From positions 32,001 to 96,000 of the forward strand of contig CAVXLD010000012.1 in the NCBI GenBank assembly GCA_963762565.1: a DNA stretch of 64,000 nucleotides, given 5' to 3'. The translations under genes and the position numbers were made by a program. The notes below the pieces were generated by a model that searched no databases, was not told the origin of the DNA, and saw nothing but the letters and a program-made list of their open reading frames with translations. Source of the stretch: an uncultured Verrucomicrobiae bacterium (GTDB lineage Bacteria > Verrucomicrobiota > Verrucomicrobiia > Chthoniobacterales > JAFAMB01). Position 1 is the first letter of the stretch, and every line of letters starts with the position of its first letter. Positions 10,039 to 20,378 of the stretch are shown here, piece by piece.

Positions 10039-10955
10039 AAATAACGATGGGAGAGGAAAAGAGAGCTTTCAAAGGGGTATGGATCTGCGCTGCTATTTTT
10101 CTCGATGAGAAACTAACTCCGGCCGAGAAGATATTGTTGGCAGAAATCGATTCCCTTACCGCAGACGATCAGGGTTGTTATGCCAGTAACGCACATTTTG
10201 CAAAGCGCCTGGGTGTGACCGAGTCGCGTGTCAATCATGTTGTGGCGCGGTTGACTCGTGAGGGATACATCATTCGGGTGTGTTACGACGGCCGAATTTC
10301 GCATAGGGTTGTAGCACCGGAGTACAGCAGCAATCCGGCGACTTCACGCCGATTGATAGAACGACACCGCAGACTTGCTAAAAATAGCAGTTCTGAATTG
10401 TCACATTCGGAAGATAGCAATTCAGAGTTGCTAAAAATAGCAACTCTGAGCTGTCAAAAAGAACAGCCCAGAACTGTCGAAAATAGCAGCGCCTTATTAT
10501 TAAAGAAAGTACCAACAGAAAGTACCAACAGAAAGAGAGAATACGACGACGACTACTTATGAGGAGAATAAACCTAAAGAAGCGTCGTCGTCGCGTTGTG
10601 CTTCTCTCTCTGTTTTGTCAGGCGGGGCGGAAGAGCCAGCTGCGGAAGCGTCGGATGAATTGGGGATGGCGAACGCGCAGGGCGACGCGCTAGCGCTTGA
10701 GCTCGGCAGGGAGTTCCGGCTCACTGGTAAGCAGCGTCAGACGGTGACTGAATATTGTGAGTCACACGGACAGGAGTATGTGCTTGGTAAGGCAGAGATC
10801 GTGCGATCGGCGCCGAGGAAAAACGCGGCGGGGGCTTTGCTAGGCGCGCTACGCGAGGATTGGCAGCCGCTGTTGAGACCGAAAAAAGGGCAGACAAAGC
10901 CGCGCGGTTAGCGGCCTCCAGGGCAATGGCAGCAAGGATGGGCTGGGAATGGTGA
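10035..10955 (+). CDS. Phage-type HTH replication initiator (frameshifts near 10530 and 10870)
   Basis: FKGVWI..LDEKLTPAEKILLAEIDSL..GCYASNAHFAKRLGV..RLTREGYI; after a one-base shift reads TERENTTTTTYEENKPKEASSS into the 10615 ORF; internal repeats. Confidence 0.7.
10370..10490. repeat. Palindromic iteron-like repeats inside the rep gene
   Basis: CAGACTTGCTA-AAAA-TAGCAGTTCTG (10370-10395), CAGAGTTGCTA-AAAA-TAGCAACTCTG (10423-10448, perfect), degenerate CAGAACTGTCGAAAATAGCAGC (10469-10490). Confidence 0.75.
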
Positions 10956-12647
10956 TGGGAACATCATCTTGCCAGATGTGCGGGCGGGAGCTTGGAGGCG
11001 TCCGGCGGCGTAATTGTGTGCGGCCGGAGCTCCAGGTTCGCGCCGAGCGTGTGTGACGGATGCGCCGGAGCCCGCTAAGCCAAGGAGCAGGCGCGCAAGG
11101 ATCCGAGCAGGAACCGTTGGGAGCGCCTATGTCCAGAGCTATATCGATGCACTCCAGGTTATCGCGACACCGATGAACATTACTACGAATTCCAGAGAGG
11201 GTCAGCGCAGCCAGCATGGTCCTGTGTAGAAAAGTTGCGTGAATCCGCTCCTTTAGTCACGGTGATGTCGATCAGAGCAGTCCCATCCGAAGCCAGCATA
11301 AGCTGATGCTGGTCATTAGCGTTTTCTACCGGAGCTGCTGCTGGCTTTTGCGTGCCGTCACAGCCGGTATCGGCAACGACCAGCAACAAGCGATAACGAC
11401 CGGTAACAAAAAGGGCTGACTGTTATCGACGCTTGCTGCTTATTGCCAGTGTATATATCCACAAGCTACTTTCGCCAGCCTAACGAAGTTAGGGGCATGT
11501 GCGACAATTCAATATCGAGCGAAGCGAGTCCTTGTTTTGGCTGCCGAAGGCGACTAACTGACGCGAAGCAGTGCACCTCTTCTGGACGGACTATACATAG
11601 GCAATGACACGAAATGATCCGCGTGACTAACCCATGCTAGACACTAGCGCGATAGGGCAGAGCGGCCGATGGTTGGTAAGGTAGTGGACACTTCCATGGC
11701 TGAGTTGGTGTGTTATCGAGCGCTGCATCTGTCAACGGCGACTATCATTAGAAGGAGCGGAAAGTCCGAGGCGAATTCATCCGGCTCTGGCGGAAGAATG
11801 CGGGCTTGAGCGACAAACTGATTCTTAAGGTGCCCGGCCGCCGACTTCTCTACATCGTGATCAAGCCGGATGACTCGGCGGGCCGAAGAGCGAACTCCTA
11901 AAGAGGGAGGCGCGGACGTAATACGCCGCCCCGAAAACTGATCTGTCGCCGCACGATCCGGCGATTGAGCTTCGCTTAGTTTGTGCGAAGGGCTCAGGTG
12001 CATCTCGAAGATAGAGGCTGAGCGGAAGCTTCGCACGGGTCCCGATGGCGGCTTCTGGACGTCAGAACGCTGCATCTCCTGGGCTCTCAGAGCCTCACCT
12101 GGAAAATCGTGAAGTTAAACAGCTGGAGCCTGACCACGGCCGCGTTGGCAGAGTCCAGTTTTCCGGTTCACTGGATTAAGCATCCAAAGGTCAACGCCAA
12201 AGCCTGGCTCTTGGTTGCGGCCGCGATGGTCCGCCCGGTTGTCCTCGCCCTATCTTTACCGCGCTCCAAGTCCTTCCGCGCTGTCGCTGAAGATCCGCAA
12301 TGGGTGTCTTCCACTACCTCACGTCACAGACATTGATGAGCGTGTATGAGGCTTACATGCTTGTTCCGCCGCCACCTTTTCGGCTTTGCAGACGAATGAT
12401 TTGTCGTCCTCCATTAGACCATTGCAACCAACCTGCTCGACCTAGCGCGTGATCTGAGAAATGAGAGCCATGACTCGTTAATGGGCAGAATCAGTCAGCC
12501 GCGTTGCGTTCGATTCCAAACGGGCTCGCCCCGATTTCGGCCTTGGGCTGAAATTTTCTATCACCTCGTCTCACTGATCCTCGGTCCGAGAACGACGGTT
12601 TTGTTACCGGACGGCGGGCTTAATCATTTTTCACACAGTTTTCCCAC

Positions 12648-12908
12648 TTAGCTTCCACTGGAGAGATAGTGTTCTCTTTGATCGACGCGATCACTTCTTT
12701 TTGCACTCTCGTACACGAAGGTGTCTTGGAGGAAGTCGGCCACGACAATTGGCTGATCGCCAGTGTCGAGATTGATCACCCTCGCCGCCTGTTCCAGGAG
12801 CGGCAGCGCCAAGGCGCCGCTGGCTGCCGGAATCGCAGCGTTGTTGTTGTAGAAACCCTTGCCTTCCATGACGCCGACCGGTGACCTCGGTTCGTGCGAC
12901 GTCCCCAC
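12648..12908 (-). pseudogene. N-terminal fragment of SAM-dependent carboxyl methyltransferase (Methyltransf_7/SABATH-like)
   Basis: MEGKGFYNNNAAIPA..ALPLLEQAA..PIVVADF, truncated just before the expected G-S-S-x-G-x-N SAM motif. Confidence 0.6.
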
Positions 12909-13003
12909 TCAGCGAGTTCATAGTGCGAGATTGACTACGGCCCGCCTATTCACGCGTTTTCAATGGAATTTATGCTTTTTAGATTTAGATTGCGAAAGTT
13001 CAA

Positions 13004-13361
13004 ATGAAAGGTCCCCCCCTTGGATTCCAATCGGTCAAGGTAGTTGCACTGGCAGCAACTGATGTCGTTCGGGCCAAACGTTTCTACTCAGAGACTCTTC
13101 AACTGGAAGAAGATCGCGAAGCGACCGACGAGGTGGGTTCCCGAATCGGTTGGCTGGGTGCGCTGATTACTCGCCAACATCCTCCTACCGACGATCCAAA
13201 TCCGCGCATCACTTTGCAAGTACAAGACGCTCGAGAGACCGAAAAACGACTAACAGAACGAGCAGTCACAATATCTGATCCGGTAAAGTTGTACGAAGAC
13301 AAGTTCTGGGTCGGTGGGTCCTCAACTCGGGAACAAACTCTGGTTTTGTTCCTACGCCTAA
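13004..13361 (+). pseudogene. VOC/glyoxalase family protein (frameshifted)
   Basis: VVALAATDVVRAKRFYSETLQL, RITLQVQDA, alternative-frame GNKLWFCSYA* C-terminus. Confidence 0.7.
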
Positions 13362-13519
13362 TTCGCAAGCTCTCCCAGGACGAACGTCGAGCTCCTAGAG
13401 CAAGTCCGATCCGTACCGGGCCAGCGTCGAGTTTTCGTTTTGCACCATTTGGATTGCCGGCGTTCAAGCTGGGAAAGGCCACCGCCGAAGCAATAGCGGT
13501 TTCTGGGCTACGGCGCAGC

Positions 13520-13662
13520 TAACTGGCGTCAATTCTTCTCTGCTTTGTCGATGTTAACGTCGACATTGCTTTTGAAATCTTTTAATCCCCCTTGATTACC
13601 ACCGATGTAAAGTTTGCCTTTGTAGACGATCAAAGCGCCCGGGCACTCGGGGTCGGCTAGCG
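13520..13662 (-). pseudogene. YHS-domain protein C-terminal remnant
   Basis: LADPECPGALIVYKGKLYIGGNQGGLKDFKSNVDVNIDKAEKN* resembles the YHS C-terminus; no intact N-terminus. Confidence 0.4.
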
Positions 13663-13798
13663 GAAGCATCCTGCCAGAAGCCATCGGTTGCGTCCGGCGT
13701 GGAACCCTACGGTTCTCTTGAGGTTTGCAATCGGTGCCGTGCCGGAGCAGTTCAGTTTTTCAGACCATGCAGGTCAGCTTAATCCCTGGAGCTCAATT

Positions 13799-14120
13799 AT
13801 CCCGAAGTATTTGACGGGAGTCACCGCCGTGCGCCGGAGGGAACAAGGGCCTACTGAAAGAAGGGGGTACAGCGCGGCGCGCTGTTGTCGAGAAGTTGAT
13901 GAAGAGCCTAGGCGGTCACCTCAAGGCTTACTATTTTGCGTTTGGGGAAAACGACGCCTACCTCATTACTGAAGTACCTGACAACGTGGTTCACGCTGCT
14001 CTCTCTCTCACGGTAAGTGCGTCCGGCTCGATACGTACGAAGACGATTGTATTGCTTACTCCTGAAGAGATTGATCAGGCAGCAAAAAAGACAGTTAAAT
14101 TTCGACCTCCGGGAGGCTAA
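13799..14120 (+). pseudogene. GYD domain-containing protein (start lost/frameshifted)
   Basis: PKYL.. then VEKLMKSLGGHLKAYYFAFGENDAYLITEVPDN..TKTIVLLTPEEIDQAAKKTVKFRPPG. Confidence 0.75.
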
Positions 14121-14177
14121 ACCGATTAGCGGTTCCTGCACAAAACGGCCGGAATGGCGTCACGAGTTTTCGTACCG

Positions 14178-14215
14178 AGGGTACTAGAGAGATCCGTGTA
14201 ATTTTATACGCTAAG
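14178..14215 (+). repeat. Tn3-family 38-bp terminal inverted repeat
   Basis: AGGGTACTAGAGAGATCCGTGTAATTTTATACGCTAAG: 38 bp, (G)GGG start, ACGCTAAG end, directly at the tnpA 3' end. Confidence 0.75.
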
Positions 14216-14888
14216 GACGACCCTTTTTGCGCGACGGCGCCGGCGGACGAGCTTTCGATCGATGATATATGGCCGTAGAGCACGACGTTATCCCACTCGA
14301 TGGGGCTGACGTGTTCCAGCAGGGAGAGATCGATTCCATTGGCGACCGGGTCGCACTCACTCAGGACCCGAGAGATTTCGCACGCCTGCCAGTAGACGAT
14401 GCACGCCAGGATCAGGTTCAGGCAGCTGCATGTGTTCATCTGCCCCCACAGCTCGCGGGCTTGATCCGGCCGCGTCGCCCGTAAAAGACGTCTCTGGCCG
14501 AGGCATGGAGTTGCTCGACCTCGAGCAAGCCGCGCCGGATGCGCGGCGCAGTTCCGGCTCCGAGAGGGACTGGAGGATGAACTCGGTCTTGAAGATGCGC
14601 CCGAGATCCCGATTGGCGCGGTAGAACCGGTTCTTGGCGCTGAAGCCTACCAGGCGTTTCAGGGCCACTGACGCCGTGACGTGGCCGGCCTTGAGCGAGG
14701 CGTAGAGTTGACCCATGCGGTCCCAATGCTCGGCGATCTGCCGGTGTCGATGGTTTGATCGGCGCGGCTGATCAAAGACGCAAGCGAACCGTAGTCGCGG
14801 TTGGATCAATCCGGTAGATCGCTGGTGCTGGACTCCTCGGATGCGCGGGCAGAAGCGCAAGCCCAGCATGGCGAAGGCGGCGAGGTTG
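14178..14888 (-). mobile_element. tnpA: Tn3-family transposase C-terminal remnant
   Basis: Across frames: FAMLGLRFCPRIR, IAEHWDRMGQLYASLK, DLGRIFKTEFIL, EQMNTCSCLNLILACIVYWQ, LLEHVSPIEWDNVVLYG. Confidence 0.9.
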
Positions 14889-15206
14889 GGGTAGGCACAA
14901 AACGGAAAATGAAGCCGATAACGCAGGGAAATCTCCTCGTAGTCAGAGTGCGAACCTTGGTCAGCAAGGCTAAATCCTGCGCCACAAGGCAGCCGGTTTT
15001 CGCGTGCCAGTCGTCACATAAAACGAGCTGTAATCTAATTCTGGAGCGTTTTTTAAGGACGAATGATCCTCGGGAACGCCTGAGCATACTTTAAGTTTCC
15101 GTTTCGTGAGGTCAGGCGTAATCCAAGACCAGACACTGCTTTAACTGGACGTAGTTGATCGCGTACGGAAACCCCAAGGCGCGTGATTTTCGTCTTGCAA
15201 TAAAAT

Positions 15207-15221
15207 ATTGGGATGACTAAT
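15207..15221. promoter_or_regulatory. Putative DtxR/MntR-type operator overlapping the mntH promoter
   Basis: ATTGG-GATGA-CTAAT, one mismatch to ATTAG-N5-CTAAT, just downstream of TTGCAA (15195-15200). Confidence 0.4.
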
Positions 15222-15323
15222 TGTCTTAGATCTGAAAATGATATTTAAAGTCGAATAAATCACTGAACGTCATGAATGAAACCGCGAACGGACACCGTTG
15301 AAAAATTGAGATGAAAAACGTGA

Positions 15324-16718
15324 ATGACATATCCAAACAACTCAAAGGCATCGCTCTCTGGAGGGGCTCCACAGTACGGTAAGCGTTCCGCCGGGATCCG
15401 CTCATCCATGGCGGCAATATCTCGCGTTCGCGGGACCGGCCATGCTGGTCAGCGTGGGTTACATGGATCCCGGAAACTGGTCCACGGACTTGAGCGCCGG
15501 GGCCGGGTTCCAATACGAGCTGCTCTGGATCGTGGGCCTGGCGAGCCTCATGGCGATTTTCCTGCAGGTGGTCTCCGCCCGGCTCGGCGTGGTGACCGGC
15601 AAGGACCTGGCCCAATGTTGCCGGGACCATCTGCCCGGGTGGACGCGGTGGCCGAATTACCTCAGTTGCGAGATCGCCATCGCCGCCTGCGACCTGGCCG
15701 AGGTGCTGGGCAGCGCAGTCGCCATCCATCTCTTGTTCCCGCGCATTTCGCTGCTCGCCGCGGTCATCATCACCGCGTTCGACGTGCTTCTGCTCCTGTC
15801 GCTTCAGAGGTTGGGGATGCGGTTGATCGAGGCGGTGATCGTCGTGCTCATCGCGACGATCGGCGTCTGTTATTTCATCGAGATTTTCGTGCTACCGCAG
15901 ACCACGCCGAATCTGCTCGAAATGGCTTCTGCCACGGTCGCGCCGAACCTGGCAGCTTTCTTCCGCAACAAGGACATGGTTTACATCGCCATCGGCATCA
16001 TCGGCGCCACGGTGATGCCGCACAATTTGTATCTGCATTCCGCGCTGGTTCAGTCGAGGAAATTGCAAGCCGACGATGCATCGGTGCGCCGGGCGATCAA
16101 GTTCAATACACTGGATTCCGTCATCGCGCTGTCGCTTGCGTTTTTTGTCAATGCCGCCATCCTGGTGCTGGCGGCGGTGGTCTTTTTTGGCAAGGACAAG
16201 CTGACACTGCCCGGCGGCGAGGTGGTGGCGTTCAACGCGGACGCGGACTGGATTCAGGTGGCCTACCTGACGCTGTCGCCGCTGCTCGGCGTGGCGGCGG
16301 CAAGCCTTCTTTTTGCCCTGGCGCTCCTGGCCAGCGGGCAGAGCAGCACCATCACGGGTACGCTGGCCGGGCAGGTGGTGATGGAGGGATTCATGGATTG
16401 GAAGATCCGGCCCTGGGTGCGCCGGTTGATCACCCGCGTGGCGGCCATCATGCCGGCGATCTTCCTCATCGGCATGCGCGGGGACGGCGGAGTGAACGAT
16501 CTGCTGAACCTCAGCCAGGTGGTGCTGGCCATCCAGTTGCCGCTGGCGATGTTTCCGCTCCTCTGGTTTACCGGCTCCCGGAAGCTGATGGGATCGCATC
16601 GCAACGGCTGGTTCCTCGCCATCGCTGGCTGGGCATCCGCCTGCTCATCACGGCGCTGGACATTTATGGTTTGCCGGGCGCGATGCATGACGCGATGGCT
16701 GTATTCGCATCTCGCTAA
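15324..16718 (+). CDS. mntH: Nramp divalent metal (Mn2+) transporter (small frameshifts at both ends)
   Basis: GPAMLVSVGYMDPGNW, ACDLAEVLGSA, IIGATVMPHNLYLHS, SGQSSTITGTLAGQVVMEGF, LSQVVLAIQLP. Confidence 0.95.
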   Translation: MTYPNNSKASLSGGAPQYGKRSAGIRSSMAAISRVRGTGHAGQRGLHGSRKLVHGLERRGRVPIRAALDRGPGEPHGDFPAGGLRPARRGDRQGPGPMLPGPSARVDAVAELPQLRDRHRRLRPGRGAGQRSRHPSLVPAHFAARRGHHHRVRRASAPVASEVGDAVDRGGDRRAHRDDRRLLFHRDFRATADHAESARNGFCHGRAEPGSFLPQQGHGLHRHRHHRRHGDAAQFVSAFRAGSVEEIASRRCIGAPGDQVQYTGFRHRAVACVFCQCRHPGAGGGGLFWQGQADTARRRGGGVQRGRGLDSGGLPDAVAAARRGGGKPSFCPGAPGQRAEQHHHGYAGRAGGDGGIHGLEDPALGAPVDHPRGGHHAGDLPHRHARGRRSERSAEPQPGGAGHPVAAGDVSAPLVYRLPEADGIASQRLVPRHRWLGIRLLITALDIYGLPGAMHDAMAVFASR

Positions 16719-16733
16719 AATCATTAGAAGTCT

Positions 16734-17170
16734 ATGTACCAAAAAATATTGGTAGCCCTGGATGCGACGGAGGCGGATGAGACGATCCTGGAGCATGTGA
16801 CCGCGCTGGCGCTGACCTTCGACAGTTCGTTGGTGATCCTGCACGTGGCGGATGGCTGGGCGGCGCGATTGTTTGGCGCGGATGCGGTGAGCCGAGATCC
16901 AGCGACGACAAGGCCTATCTGGAATCAGTCCGGGCCCGGCTGGCGGCGGAGGGCATGCGGGTCGAGGCGGAACTGGCTTACGGTGAACCTGCGGATCAGA
17001 TCGTCAGATGGGTCGAAAGTCGTGGGCTGTGACCTCGTGGCGATGTCCACCCATGGCCACCGGTTCATCAGCGACCTGCTTTACGGCAGCACGGCGGATA
17101 ATGTGCGCCACGGGTGGATGTGCCGGTGCTGATGCTCAAGGCGAGGAAAACACCTGCCAATCGTAAGTAA
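16734..17170 (+). CDS. Universal stress protein (frameshifted)
   Basis: MYQKILVALD, LVILHVADG, CDLVAMSTHGH..DLLYGSTADNVRH, alternative-frame DVPVLMLKA; typical mntH neighbour. Confidence 0.85.
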
Positions 17171-17324
17171 CACTATCCCCTCAATCCTGCTTGAGCGTGC
17201 CGCGTCGTGCTCGGGGTGGCTCCCCTCTTTATCTAAAAAACCTTCACCAGAAGAGCTCCGACTTAGGCTCTGGAATTTGGAGTACAAACATCTCGGCACC
17301 TGAAGCGTTGGAGGGGAGGATCGA

Positions 17325-17720
17325 ACAACTGAAAGCGGAGAGGACTACCTGGTCTGTATATTTGAGTCTATAGAAGAGAAGGGATAGGGAGATCTAGTCG
17401 CCGAATGTGGCTGAGTCTCTTGCAGTGGCCGAGTCAAGCGCTTCTGCGATGATCATGCGGTTGGCGCAAAAGGGCGATCTAAAGCATGAAAAATATCGGG
17501 GATTCACGCTCACGGGTTCTTGCAGAACCGCCACGGGCCGAGAGGTTCGCGCTCGGCGCTGGGGATTTACAGTTTTTTTGCAATCCCTCCATCCTCCAAA
17601 GAATATGATTCAACACGATGTCGATGGGTTGGGATAACGGCCCAGCCAGACACTCGAGCAGTTAAAGTTACTTGGTTCAACTGGAGCAAGACCAAATTGG
17701 GTCCAAACACGAGCTTAAAC
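17325..17720 (+). pseudogene. DtxR/MntR family metal-dependent repressor, degraded
   Basis: TTESGEDYLVCIFE, then VAESLAVAESSASAMIMRLAQKGDLKHEKYRGFTLTG..IQHDVDGL, with stops and frameshifts. Confidence 0.75.
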
Positions 17721-17913
17721 CGCCAGCCAGAGGGGTGGTAAGCAATCCACTTGCCTACATAAACTCAAATTTTGTCCAGATTGTTGAACAGCCAAAAAGT
17801 GTTAGCTAACTGAAACTCCTAACCATTAGATTAACTTCCTACTTACTTCTCACGAAAAGCTCTCATCCGTCTCCCTTCTATGGCTCGTCGTCCGACGGTC
17901 TGTTAGGTGGTTG

Positions 17914-19315
17914 TTGCTTAACAGACAGACCAGACCCAGACCGGTCGGCTACCTGCTGGCAATAGGATCTGCACCGTTTTTTTTCTCGTGGTTGAGTTCC
18001 GCGCAACAGGCCTGGCCAAGCCCTTCTCCGACCTTGGTCTCGGTGGACGGAAAACAAGCCACAGCCTGAGCTTCCGGTGGAAACGAAGTGGACACGATCA
18101 TGCAAAATTGGGCTATCCATGGAGATGCGATTGAAGTTCTCGAAGGCCAACCGGGCTCCCATGACCCTTATAACGGTACGAATAGTCTGCGTTCGACCGA
18201 CAATTTCCGAAGACTTCCATGGCCGATCTCTTCTTTGATTTCCGGCTATGGCCCGGAGCAGAATTTTACTTCAACCCAGAATATTATCAGGGCTTTGGTT
18301 TAGGAGTTACTACGGTATCGCTGAGTTCCCCAACTCCAGGCATACAAGATTGGCAAGTATCGCGGTGATGTGTTCCTTCCCCATTCTTTTATTCGTCAGA
18401 TTATCGGCTTCGGAGGTGAGCAAGAGCATCTGGACGCCGGTCCGCTGCAGTTAGCTGAAAACGTTGATATTTCGCGGCTGACGATTACCGCGGGCAAAAT
18501 GGCCATCACGGACCAATTCGATAACAACACTTATTCTCACGATCCGAGCTCGCAATTTCTAAACTGGACTCTGGTCGATGCCGGTGCTTTCGACTACGCC
18601 GCGGACTGGTTGGGTTTTGAGTACGGTTTGACCGTCGAACTAAATCAAAAAGCGTGGCTGCTCGAGTCGGTTATTTTACTGTTCCCCGGTCAATGATCGT
18701 CTGGGGACCGATGGTCACTATCTTAAGGCCTATCAGCTGGCTGGTGAGCTGGAGGGACGATACCAAGCTCTTTGGCCATCCGGAGAAAGGTTCGCTTTAC
18801 TGGTTGGCTCCTGCACCAACATCTGCTGATTTTACGTCGCTGCTTGCTGATCAGAGTATCCTCATTAACGGCCTGCGCGAGCCTACCGATGGATTATGAC
18901 TGATTCTTGGCTTCGAACAGGAATTGGCGAAGGACGTCGGCGCGTTCGCTAGGTTCGCCTATCGGGATTCGCGTCTGAAGCCTACATGTTAGATAATCGA
19001 TCAAGCGCCTCGGTTGGTATTACTGTGAACGGTGAGCGCTGGGCTCGCTCAAACGATATTTTCGGAGTTGCCTTCGGGCTGGCCGACATCGGTGTGGCGC
19101 ATCGCGACTACTTTAACGCCGGTGGCTTGGGCGTCCTGATTGGCGATGGCGAGCTTCCCCATTTCGGCTACGAAAATTTCACCGAAACCTTTTACGATCT
19201 CGCAGTCTACAAGAACTTGAGTTTCACCCTGGATTGCCAACTCTTTTTTAATCCCGGCTACAATAGTGACAAAGGGCAGTCAGCGTTCTCTCAGGCCCGA
19301 TCACGTGCGCTCTAA
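17914..19315 (+). pseudogene. OprB-like carbohydrate porin / MnoP-like Mn2+ porin, multiply frameshifted
   Basis: PYNGTNSL, TITAGKMAITDQFDNNTYSHDPSSQFLNW..GAFDYAAD, HRDYFNAGGLGVLIGDG, ETFYDL..FFNPGYNSDKG; start approximate. Confidence 0.75.
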
Positions 19316-20378
19316 GACGATGCAGCAATTCGAGCGAAGGCGCTATGTCCGACGAATCTGTGACTCGCGTGTACCAGCATCCCCGGCGACTTGAATAAGA
19401 GAAAGTGCCTGGCATTCGCCCTCTTTTTTGTCGGTTGGATTACCGTCGGGAGCAGATCGAGAAGTCTGAGGACTGGGAATCGCAGTCGCAGAAACCATCG
19501 GTGTAGGGCTTGAGTCGAGTAGGCTTTGGTGCGCCATCGGGCACCTGGAAGTTTCCACGATAACCGGCATCATCGAGATATCTCTGCGAGTCACTTGGCT
19601 CCGGCGGGCAACGAACGAGGATGCGGTCCCAGTCAACCAGGACCGTCCGCACCTTGGACCTGAATGATCTCATTGTCCGGGCGGGCACCCCGACAGCCTT
19701 AATTTCACTCAGTAGCGTGGTTCGCGGCGAAACGTCTCGACCGACCCGGCCAGTAACCAAAGTCTGCCTGTGTCCGGACGTATCACGAGAAATCCCCCGC
19801 TTTCCAGTCTTAGTGACTGAGAAATCAAACTGCAGGTCCGTATTCCGATCATTCGGGGCGCTCTTGTCGATCAGATCCTGAGCCGGTAGGGAGCCTGCCA
19901 ACCCCAAAAAAGAGTTAAACCGCGCCACAGCGATTCACAACACGATTGATATCGACACCCGGCCAGTATCGTGATATTCCATCGCCCTTAATTCGGACGA
20001 ATTCCGGCATCGGTCAATAAGGAGCGCTGACAGAAGCCATTCGGGTTCCAGAGACTGGCTCTAACTGATAAATTAATACGACGCGAAGTATCGCTATCAA
20101 CAGGCCTTTGATGTCGATCCGAATGATGTCTGAATCTGAACGCTGAAACGCGGCTTACCGGTTAGCCTCCCGTGAGCTCAAAGACGTCGTTATGTGACCG
20201 TTCGGTGAGAAATGCTCCATGCTCCTGATTGGATCAGTGAAGACGATGGGGTTGAGGTCTGGCAGCTACCATAAGGATTTTGACTTTTTTTACCTCTTAT
20301 CCAGCTAAGGCGAAGCCGTCCGAGGCGTTGGATGCATGTCGACACCTTCTGGAAAGCCGCGAGAAAAGCGACAGCCGA

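Noticed and set aside
11713..12480. Several short ORFs in the island
   Set aside because: No recognisable motifs or consistent frame
14138..14905. 11-bp direct repeat GCACAAAACGG flanking the Tn3 remnant as a target duplication
   Set aside because: Tn3 makes 5-bp duplications abutting the IR; this repeat is offset from the IR and cannot be interpreted
15324..16718. 464-aa Arg/Gly-rich overlapping ORF
   Set aside because: Shadow frame of GC-rich mntH; only its ends are the true frameshifted termini
19343..19930. Minus-strand ORFs between porin and MgtC
   Set aside because: Probably a decayed gene, but no family could be recognised
20235..20290. Fluoride riboswitch-like GACGATGGGGTT
   Set aside because: No matching P1 closure or downstream GCTGATGAC pseudoknot strand
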